DNA of 64,000 nucleotides, from assembly GCA_038232935.1 (NCBI GenBank), contig JBBSMX010000003.1, positions 6,443-70,442 on the forward strand, in the 5' to 3' direction. The DNA comes from Rhodothermales bacterium. Its GTDB lineage: Bacteria > Bacteroidota > Rhodothermia > Rhodothermales > JANQRZ01. Below the pieces are notes generated by a model. The model saw only the letters and a list, made by a program, of their open reading frames with translations, was not told the DNA's origin and did no database searches. Each line of letters starts with the position of its first letter. Position 1 is the stretch's first letter. The position numbers and the translations under genes are program-made. Below, in pieces: positions 57,318-64,000 of this stretch.

Positions 57318-57815
57318 TTATAGCGTAGTCCACCCCTCTGAGAAAGCTGTTGCCACACCGGGGTTTTGCTCGACAAACGCTCGAAGCGCATCTGAAGCTT
57401 CACCACACTGACACTGGCGCATCGTGCGGAAGTCGTTCGCCAGCGCTTGAGTCGTTCGAATTGGTCCCCATGGAATGGCCCACCATCCGAGCACGGCTGT
57501 CACCAGAGCCGCACGCTTCGCCTGCGCCGCTAGGCAATCCGGGCACGCGATGACGGTGTGCTTGTCGAATGTAGTCAGTATCACGAAGCTCTTCGCATCT
57601 GCGATCACACCGCCGTTGAGTGGATGGTCATTCCTGCCGCACGCCGGACATGGTTGCTTCCGCACGGTTTCTACTAAGAGATCTAAATCGCGCCGTGAGA
57701 GCGAGTGGATTTGCGCCTCTACTGCGCGCCCAACAGCGGAATTGATTCCGCGAGCGGCGAGTTCGCTGTTAAGGACCCTCAGTGCCTCAGGTGTGAGGCC
57801 GGCAGCCTCATGCAA
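57318..57815 (-). CDS. Hypothetical Cys-rich (CPACG...CPDC) protein, possibly 5'-truncated by an in-frame TAA
   Basis: The ORF-track start is TTG 57815. An in-frame upstream segment ...VSEQLAEHYRRMPDERLL is separated only by TAA (57824-57822). Lower-GC region. Confidence 0.4.
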   Translation of the reverse strand: MHEAAGLTPEALRVLNSELAARGINSAVGRAVEAQIHSLSRRDLDLLVETVRKQPCPACGRNDHPLNGGVIADAKSFVILTTFDKHTVIACPDCLAAQAKRAALVTAVLGWWAIPWGPIRTTQALANDFRTMRQCQCGEASDALRAFVEQNPGVATAFSEGWTTL

Positions 57816-57940
57816 CGAAATTTAAAGTAGCCGCTCGTCTGGCATTCTGCGGTAGTGCTCGGCGAGTTGCTCAGACACGGCTACTTGCAGATCAAGACAG
57901 CGGGAAGTGAGGTAGAGCTTGTACTTCTAAGCGCTCGGCC

Positions 57941-58873
57941 TCACGAATCTCCCTTCGCCTCTTCGATGAGGGCTTCGAACGCTTCCAGCGGCTGTGCGCC
58001 GTTGACGAAGCGGCCGTTGACGAAGAAGCCCGGCGTGCCCGTCACGCCCAGCTCTTCGCCGAGTGCCATGTTCGCGTCGAGCGTGGCGACGGCCTCCTGG
58101 TGCGCGTCGGACGAGGCATCCTCGGTGCAGGTCGCCCATGTAGCCACGTCCACGTCGGCCGTGGTGAGGAAGTCGCGGCTCTTTGCGGTGACGTTGCCGG
58201 GGTTGATTTCGCTCTGATTCCTGAAGTAGCCGTCGTGGAGCGTCCAGAACGCGTCGGGGTCCTGCTGCGCGGCACAGAGCGCGGCGATGGAGGCGGGCCG
58301 CGCCCACGGGTGGTTGTTGAGCGGGAACTGCGCGTAGACGAGGCGCACGTCTTCGGGATACTTCGCCAGCACCTGCTCGACCGTCGCGAACGCGCGCGAG
58401 CAGTACGGACACTGGAAGTCGGAGAACTCGACGATCGTGACGGGGGCGTTGGGGTTGCCGCGCACGGGGAGGTCGGCGAGGGCTTCGTTGAGCTGCTCCC
58501 TCCGCTCGCTGACTTCGGCGGCGGCGGCCTGCTCGCGCTCGGCGCGGGCGGCGGCGAGGCCGTCGGCGGAGCGGCTCACGTCCACGGGGTCGGCGGAGAC
58601 CATGAAGAGCTGTGTGTCGTCGTCAGTGACGAGGAAGAGCTGCGTCTGCTGGCCGTTGATGGTGAACGTCCCCTGGCTCAGCCCCTCGATGTCGGTGGGC
58701 TCGATGTCGCCGATCTCGACGCGGTACTGCTCGAGCTGGGGAAACTCGAAGACGAGGTTGGAGAGAATACGGGCCTTGCGTTCGGCGGGCGAGAGGTCGC
58801 TCGCGGTCTGGCCGCATGCCGTGGTGTTGAGGGCGAGCGTGACGAGCGTGAACAGAACGAGCAGACGTTTCAT
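57941..58873 (-). CDS. DsbA-family thiol:disulfide oxidoreductase (lipoprotein/secreted)
   Basis: MKRLLVLFTLVTLALNTTAC, thioredoxin motif FSDFQCPYCSRAF, TPGFFVNG. ATG 58873. Confidence 0.85.
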   Translation of the reverse strand: MKRLLVLFTLVTLALNTTACGQTASDLSPAERKARILSNLVFEFPQLEQYRVEIGDIEPTDIEGLSQGTFTINGQQTQLFLVTDDDTQLFMVSADPVDVSRSADGLAAARAEREQAAAAEVSERREQLNEALADLPVRGNPNAPVTIVEFSDFQCPYCSRAFATVEQVLAKYPEDVRLVYAQFPLNNHPWARPASIAALCAAQQDPDAFWTLHDGYFRNQSEINPGNVTAKSRDFLTTADVDVATWATCTEDASSDAHQEAVATLDANMALGEELGVTGTPGFFVNGRFVNGAQPLEAFEALIEEAKGDS

Positions 58874-58952
58874 CGGGTCGGGCACGAGGGTAGGGGGACT
58901 GGGGTGGGGGCTAAACGGGTGTGGACCGGCGCGCATTGCCCACGGGGCTCCG

Positions 58953-59471
58953 TCAGAGAGAAGGTACGTCCAACACGTCGCCGGGTAGAAGCTGGGCGAG
59001 GTGGTGCCGGAGATGGTCTCCGTAGTCGCGCATGAGATCGTCGAGCGTGGTGGGTTCGTCGGGCAGTACGGGCTGCCACGCGATCTCGTGGAGGTTGTGC
59101 CGGTAGTGCGGCTGGAAGCGGATGTCGAGGGGCACCGCCTCCATCACCCGGACGAGGTGCGTGTTGTACATCCACCAGAGGGTGACGAGCGCCGGCCAAT
59201 CTGCCTCCCGGTAGCGCTGCGCTTGCACCCAGTCGCCCTGCTCGTAGCCAGGGAACACGAGGTCGTCCTGCGCCTGCGCGCGGACGAACCGCTGGTGGTT
59301 GTTCGACGCCGAGTCGACGAGGTGGCCGAGGATCTCTTTCCGCGACCACCGGTCCGGGCTCGGGGGCTGCGTGACGTCGTCGTCCGAGAGGCGGAGGAGG
59401 GCCGTGGCGGCGTGCTCGACGAGCGCGCGGAGCTCGGCGATGTAGTCGTCGTGGGCGAGTTCTTCTCGCAT
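58953..59471 (-). CDS. DinB-family protein
   Basis: 172 aa. ...RWSRKEILGHLVDSASNNHQRF... and ...DYGDHLRHHLAQL form the DinB four-helix His triad pattern. ATG 59471. Confidence 0.8.
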   Translation of the reverse strand: MREELAHDDYIAELRALVEHAATALLRLSDDDVTQPPSPDRWSRKEILGHLVDSASNNHQRFVRAQAQDDLVFPGYEQGDWVQAQRYREADWPALVTLWWMYNTHLVRVMEAVPLDIRFQPHYRHNLHEIAWQPVLPDEPTTLDDLMRDYGDHLRHHLAQLLPGDVLDVPSL

Positions 59472-59472
59472 C

Positions 59473-61068
59473 TCAATCGGCGGGGTCGAGTCCCAGCGCC
59501 GCAGCGAGGGGGCTGTCGAGGTCGTAGATATCTTCATAAAAGGCAAGTCCGGTGTCGGCGTCCGCCGAAGCGGTGAAATAGACGAGGTGGACGGGGAGCG
59601 GCGCGGGGAGGGCGACCTGCTGCGTCGCGTGGGCGTCGAGCGCCGCATCCACTTTCTCCGGTGCCCAGCCGTGCTGGCCGAGGACGTAGCGGGCGAGCTC
59701 GCGGGGCTCGGCCGCGCGGATGCAGCCGTGCGAGAACGCCCGGCTCGACCGCGCGAACAGCCGCTTCTGGTTCGTGTCGTGGATGTAGATGTCATTCTCG
59801 TTCGGGAAGGCGAACTTGACTTCGCCGAGCGGGTTGGCCGGGCCGGCAGACTGGATGAAGTAATACGTTCCTGCGCTCGCCTGCGTCCAGTCCACGGTGC
59901 TCGGGTCCACACGGGCGCCGCCGCGGTACACGTTGTAGCCCCTGCTCGAGAGGTACTCGGCCCCGTTTTTCCGCGCGAGCGGGATCGTCTCGACCGAGGC
60001 GATGGACGGCGGGACGCCCCACGTCGGGTTGAAGATGACGGCCGTCATCGTGTCGCTGAAGACAGGCGTCTGCCAGCTCTTGAGGCCGACCACCACGTTC
60101 ATCGCCAGCACTTCTGTATCGCCTTCGACGACCTGGAGATGGAAGGCGGGGAGGTTCACGAGGACGTGCCGCGCGCCGAGGTCGTCGGGCAGCCAGCGCC
60201 AGCGCTCCATGTTGAGCGCGAGTGCCCGCGCCCAGTGCTCGGGCGAGCGGTTGAGTGCATGTCGCGTCGTCGGATCGAGGTCGCCCGTAGTGTCGAGACC
60301 GTTCTGCTGCTGGAAGCGGCGGACGGCGTCGGCGACGTCGGCGGTGTACACCAGTTGGAGGCTATCCGGCGTCTCGGGCGCGCCGGACACGCTGAAGAGG
60401 GCGAGGCGCCGGCGGACGAGCGGGACGCGCACGCTCTCGTCGCCGAGCGTGAGTGTGCTGGCGGGGAGGATGATGGGGAGGTCGGTCTGGGCGGCAGCGC
60501 GGGTGCGAGCGAGGGCGGCGCGGAGCTGGCGGTAGGCCGGATGCGGAGGCCGCAGCCCGTCGAGCGCTCCGCCGAGATCACCTGTCCGCAGGGCGTCGGC
60601 GAGGACGGCGGCGAGGTCGCGCTCGCGCCGCGTTGGGTACCACTTCTCGTAGAGCGTCGTCGGGTCTACGCGCCCGCGCAGGAGGTGCTCGCCGAGGCGG
60701 AGGAAGGCGTCGGTGAGGAGGAGGTCGCGGTCGGTCGCGGCATCGGGCGATTCGTTCCCGGCGGCGAAGGCGGCGCGGAGTTGGGCGAGGTGGTACGCGG
60801 CGGGGTCGAGTCCGTCATTCGCGCTGTCCTCGATGAGCGCGACGAGGGCCTCGCCCTGTCCTTCCCACGCGGCGGCGTGGCCGCGCCCGGCGTAAAACCG
60901 GAACAGGTCCGGGTGCGCCGCGACGCGTTCGCCCGCGATGCGAACGGTGCCGCCCGCTTCGTCGAGTCGGCTGCGAAGGATCTCGCTGGTGGCATCGGAC
61001 GGGAATGCTTCGGCCGAGGCGGCGGCGAGCAGGACGAGTACGGCGAGCGAGCGGAAGGCGAAACGCAT
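59473..61068 (-). CDS. L,D-transpeptidase (YcbB-like, with peptidoglycan-binding domain)
   Basis: VIFNPTWGVPPSI, IYIHDTN and SHGCIR (catalytic Cys) are YkuD-domain motifs. N-terminal signal peptide. Confidence 0.88.
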   Translation of the reverse strand: MRFAFRSLAVLVLLAAASAEAFPSDATSEILRSRLDEAGGTVRIAGERVAAHPDLFRFYAGRGHAAAWEGQGEALVALIEDSANDGLDPAAYHLAQLRAAFAAGNESPDAATDRDLLLTDAFLRLGEHLLRGRVDPTTLYEKWYPTRRERDLAAVLADALRTGDLGGALDGLRPPHPAYRQLRAALARTRAAAQTDLPIILPASTLTLGDESVRVPLVRRRLALFSVSGAPETPDSLQLVYTADVADAVRRFQQQNGLDTTGDLDPTTRHALNRSPEHWARALALNMERWRWLPDDLGARHVLVNLPAFHLQVVEGDTEVLAMNVVVGLKSWQTPVFSDTMTAVIFNPTWGVPPSIASVETIPLARKNGAEYLSSRGYNVYRGGARVDPSTVDWTQASAGTYYFIQSAGPANPLGEVKFAFPNENDIYIHDTNQKRLFARSSRAFSHGCIRAAEPRELARYVLGQHGWAPEKVDAALDAHATQQVALPAPLPVHLVYFTASADADTGLAFYEDIYDLDSPLAAALGLDPAD

Positions 61069-61141
61069 GGCGGGCGGTTTGCGTGGGGGGGTGGTGCGGA
61101 AGCTAGAACGAACCGGGCTTCGGCGCCACCGCCCTGCGTAC

Positions 61142-61657
61142 CTATTCCTGAAGGAGGTCGCTGTACGAAACGGAGACGAGGTCGGCCGCGCGGACGCGGA
61201 AGGCGGCGAGCAGGCGCTCGCACTGCGCGCGCAGCACGGCCTCGGTCCGGTGAGTATCGTCGGCTATGGCTTCAACTTCAACGAATGCGCCCAGGCCCTC
61301 CACCCGGTCGAGGTGGACTTTCACGTTGCCGACGAAATAGATCTCGCGCGTCTTGTCCACGACGACGCGCACGCCGAGGGCGGCGGCGAGCGCCGCTTTG
61401 AGCGCTGCCGCGTCCGGGCCGGTGGGGTAGAGGGTCACGTCGGAGCGCTTCGGGCCGGCGGTGTCGGGCCGGTCGTAGTGGATGAGCGCGTGCTCGACCG
61501 TGCCCTCGCGGAGCTTCAGGCGGCCGTGCGGAACGCGGAAGTACGTGTCGATCTGCCGGTCCACGTCGGGGCCGGTGGCATGCTCGGCGTGGAGCACCGT
61601 GCGGACGAAGTCGGGGTCCGCACAGCGCGCTTTGAACTCGACGTTGAGGTGCTGCAT
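61142..61657 (-). CDS. CYTH-domain protein (class IV adenylate cyclase-like)
   Basis: MQHLNVEFKARC (ExExK-type start), RLKLREG, VHLDRVEGLGAFVEVE. Confidence 0.8.
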   Translation of the reverse strand: MQHLNVEFKARCADPDFVRTVLHAEHATGPDVDRQIDTYFRVPHGRLKLREGTVEHALIHYDRPDTAGPKRSDVTLYPTGPDAAALKAALAAALGVRVVVDKTREIYFVGNVKVHLDRVEGLGAFVEVEAIADDTHRTEAVLRAQCERLLAAFRVRAADLVSVSYSDLLQE

Positions 61658-61742
61658 CGGGGAGGGAAGATTGTCGGTGGAAGGGGGAACGCGAGCGCGT
61701 CGGGAGTATAGACGCTCCTCGTCTTTTCTATTCGCCCCGCCG

Positions 61743-62534
61743 ATGCCCTTCTCCCAAACCCGCCTCGACTTCGATCCCGCCCGCGACGGCTTCTCCTTCC
61801 CGAACTCGTTCCGCTGGACCGAGACGGACTTCGTTTACCTGAACCAGATGATTCGATCCATCGCCGAGCCGGTCGCGGCTGCGCTGCCTGCAGCGGCGGG
61901 TGCCGTCGCGGGGGGCTGGCGCGGTCTCGTCGGCGGGGCGGCGGTGGGCGCGGGACTCGCGCGGGCCGGACTCGGCGCGGGGCTCGTGCGGGCGAGTGCG
62001 CGGCGGTGGCCGTCGTTCGGGCTGTGCGGTGGGATGGCCCTCGCCGCTGCCGAACGCTGGCCGCACCGCGTGGGCCTTTCGACGGCCGAGCTTGAGTCGA
62101 GGTTCGTCCGCCCGTTGCTCTGGCGCACGCAGGCTCGCACGCTCCAGGCCGGCGGTCCGACGTTCCTCCGCTACTGGCTCGCCGCCCGCCTAGGCCGTCC
62201 CACCCGCGCCGATGTGCTGCTCCACGAATGGGCCGGCATCCGAGCGCAGATCGACGCGGGCCGCCCCGTCGTGCTCGGGCTCGTCGGCGATGCGCCGGAC
62301 CCGTTCGGGCAGCATCAGGTTCTCGCCTTCGGCTACGCCGGGACCGACGACCGGGGCACGCTCTTCGTCTACGACCCCAACAGCCCCGGCATCGAGCGCA
62401 CGATCGCGTTCACGGTCGCGGGACGGCACGCCCGCATCACCACGGACCTGCCCATCGGCCCGACGACCGGTGGCCACCACATCGGCACCCGCCCCGGCCG
62501 GCTCGACATGGTCTTCCGAGTGCCGCTCGACTAG
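61743..62534 (+). CDS. Hypothetical protein with papain-like Cys/His motifs (putative cysteine peptidase)
   Basis: ATG 61743 (MPFSQTRLDF...). Gly/Ala-rich segment, then FGLCGGMALAAAE (candidate nucleophile Cys), later GQHQVLAFGY and YDPN (candidate His, Asp/Asn). Confidence 0.5.
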   Translation: MPFSQTRLDFDPARDGFSFPNSFRWTETDFVYLNQMIRSIAEPVAAALPAAAGAVAGGWRGLVGGAAVGAGLARAGLGAGLVRASARRWPSFGLCGGMALAAAERWPHRVGLSTAELESRFVRPLLWRTQARTLQAGGPTFLRYWLAARLGRPTRADVLLHEWAGIRAQIDAGRPVVLGLVGDAPDPFGQHQVLAFGYAGTDDRGTLFVYDPNSPGIERTIAFTVAGRHARITTDLPIGPTTGGHHIGTRPGRLDMVFRVPLD

Positions 62535-62575
62535 CGGGGCGAACGGGTTGTCGTACGCCGGTGTCTGCTCCGCGG

Positions 62576-62711
62576 CCCCCTCTCTGCCCTGCCGGGCATC
62601 TCGCCCCCTCGGGGGCGAGAATGGGGATTTCGGGCGCACTGCTCATCGAATGCCACCGCGTTTCAGCTCATGTCCCCTCGCCCCTCTGGGGATAGGGACA
62701 GGGTGAGGGGG
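62576..62711. repeat. MITE/REP-like repeat, copy B
   Basis: See copy A (9411-9570). Contains the perfect internal palindrome tctcgccccc|tc|gggggcgaga. Confidence 0.75.
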
Positions 62712-62745
62712 AGCCCACGAAGGTGGACCGTCATCCAGCGCGAGC

Positions 62746-63195
62746 TCAGGAGGGATGCCGTGTGTCCCGTTCCTTCCTGACGAGTTCGTCGACCTTCTTC
62801 CGCAGGGTGATGTTCTCGAACACGATTCCCACGCAGCGAGCCGGCATCGGAAACGCCTTTACGGCGAAGTAGCTCTGCTCGATGCGCTCGTCCCCCTTGT
62901 ACTCGAAAGCCCCGAAGTTGACCGAGGGCTTACCGGTGCTGACTTCGGCGTACGCCTCGGGCAGGTCCGTGTCCTTGAGAGCAGGGAACGCCTCATCAAT
63001 GGTTTTCCCGACGAGCCTGCTGACGTCGGTACCGGTGCATCGCGACGCCATGGTGTTCGCGTAGACGAGGGTAAGGCTGTGGGGCTCCCCGGGGTCTACG
63101 AGGTAGTAGATGAGCAGGCCGGTGTTCAACTCGGCGAAGAGGGAGGAGACGGCGTTTACCACCGTCTGGACGCTAGGCGGAGGGGAGTAGTCCAT
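62746..63195 (-). CDS. PAS-domain protein
   Basis: ...LLIYYLVDPGEPHSLTLVYANTMASRCTG...GKTIDEAFP...YFAVKAFPMPARCVGIVFENIT is a PAS fold pattern. ATG 63195 (a GTG at 63237 is also possible). Confidence 0.65.
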   Translation of the reverse strand: MDYSPPPSVQTVVNAVSSLFAELNTGLLIYYLVDPGEPHSLTLVYANTMASRCTGTDVSRLVGKTIDEAFPALKDTDLPEAYAEVSTGKPSVNFGAFEYKGDERIEQSYFAVKAFPMPARCVGIVFENITLRKKVDELVRKERDTRHPS

Positions 63196-63358
63196 AGCAG
63201 GCAGCGTTAAGGAGGGCTCGGACTGTGCCGCGATCACAACGCGGTGCGCTCACGCCCGCCGTAACCCGGTCCAGCCTTTACCTGTGTGTAGACGTAGGTA
63301 CCAGCCGTGATGTTGCTGTATGCGAGGTCTAAACGCAACGTCTTAAGGCGCGTACGGA

Positions 63359-63865
63359 TCAGCCAGAAGCGAGATCAATATCCTGGAAGTAGTACAGGCA
63401 GTACTTCAGCTTCATCGCCTTGAGCGGGCCGAAGCCGGGCAGCTTCTTGACGCGCTTCTCGACCGTCGCGAGATCGACGCCGTCGTTCCATAGGTTCGCC
63501 GCGTCGCCGCCATAGTCGTCAGTTAGGATGCGGGCGACGGACTGAGTCCGGTCGGCCATCGTGTTGACGAAGCGGTGTACGGCCGGGGTCTCGGCGAACA
63601 CCTCTTTGAAGGCTTCGGGGTCGTGGTCGGCGAGCCGCTGCATCTCGAAGTGGCCGAGCCGCTGCTTCAGCTTGAGCGGGCCGCAGAACGCCGTCTCGGC
63701 GAGGACGCGCTGGTCGAAGAGGAGGCCGAGGAGGATGGCGTTCGCGTCATCGCGCAGGAGCTGGTCGGCGTCGGGGTCTTTGGTGGCGGTGCCTTCCTGC
63801 TGGAGCCGGTCCAGCATGCGGACGAGCCCGCCGTCGAGTTCGGAGTAATCGGCTGCGATGGACAT
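63359..63865 (-). CDS. HhH-GPD-type base-excision DNA repair family protein
   Basis: 168 aa. LLGLLFDQRV..., KKLPGFGPLKAMKL (helix-hairpin-helix/GPD-like). Confidence 0.7.
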   Translation of the reverse strand: MSIAADYSELDGGLVRMLDRLQQEGTATKDPDADQLLRDDANAILLGLLFDQRVLAETAFCGPLKLKQRLGHFEMQRLADHDPEAFKEVFAETPAVHRFVNTMADRTQSVARILTDDYGGDAANLWNDGVDLATVEKRVKKLPGFGPLKAMKLKYCLYYFQDIDLASG

Positions 63866-63877
63866 GGGGTTGGGGAG

Positions 63878-64000
63878 TTAGCCCTCGCGGAGCCAGCCGG
63901 CAAGGTCTTTGGCGAAGTAGGTCAGGATGAGGTCGGCCCCGGCGCGGCGGATCGCGGTCGTGGTTTCGAGCGCGGCGGTGCGGAGGTCCAGCCAGCCGCG
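63878..64000 (-). CDS. hemB: Porphobilinogen synthase, 3' end (partial, continues beyond the window)
   Basis: Own translation of the minus strand: RGWLDLRTAALETTTAIRRAGADLILTYFAKDLAGWLREG*. ...IKRAGAD.I.TYFA is the conserved HemB C-terminus. Confidence 0.8.
   Translation of the reverse strand, partial: RGWLDLRTAALETTTAIRRAGADLILTYFAKDLAGWLREG

Overview
High-GC (~68%) chromosomal segment that looks like a Rhodothermaeota/Bacteroidota-type bacterium. The lineage call rests on T9SS C-terminal sorting domains, DUF4293/DUF4296/DUF4837-like genes, and a Rhodothermus-style nqo10-14 operon carrying nhaD and pcd. I call about 60 protein-coding genes and find no rRNA, tRNA or CRISPR. Gene order, left to right: (1) nuoJ-K-L-M, nhaD-like transporter, pcd, nuoN (325-8539, +). 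(2) Housekeeping genes: Mn/Fe-SOD, PPTase, a frameshifted lipoprotein, OYE reductase, fused isobutyryl-CoA mutase IcmF, a PabB-PabC fusion, DUF937, PPK2, BadF-type kinase, penicillin-acylase family, PolX, GT2, S41 peptidase. (3) exbB, small TM protein, exbD, exbD. (4) NAD-IDH-like dehydrogenase, DUF4293, DMT transporter, GT2, lipoprotein, recQ. (5) Three tandem choice-of-anchor-B/LVIVD paralogs (38249-42998, -). (6) A 12.8-kb minus-strand supraoperon (55861 down to 43048): Trp leader peptide/attenuator, trpE, hypothetical, trpS, trpG, trpD, trpC, trpF, trpB, GNAT, trpA, DUF4837, hisG, three small genes. (7) A 16-aa-repeat secreted protein, DsbA-like, DinB, L,D-transpeptidase, CYTH, putative Cys-peptidase, PAS, HhH-GPD and the hemB 3' end. 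The most interesting non-annotated signals are these. First, a classical ribosome-mediated attenuator upstream of trpE: leader ORF with W-F-W-W, an 11-bp antiterminator and an 11-bp terminator plus U7. Second, a tryptophanyl-tRNA synthetase with a low-GC coiled-coil tail embedded in that attenuated operon. Third, a perfect 16-bp palindrome inserted in frame inside icmF. Fourth, several families of intergenic stem-loops, GTAGGGG...CCCCTAC REP-like palindromes and MITE-like repeats. All functional calls come from reading the supplied translations and recognising motifs; no database search was run.
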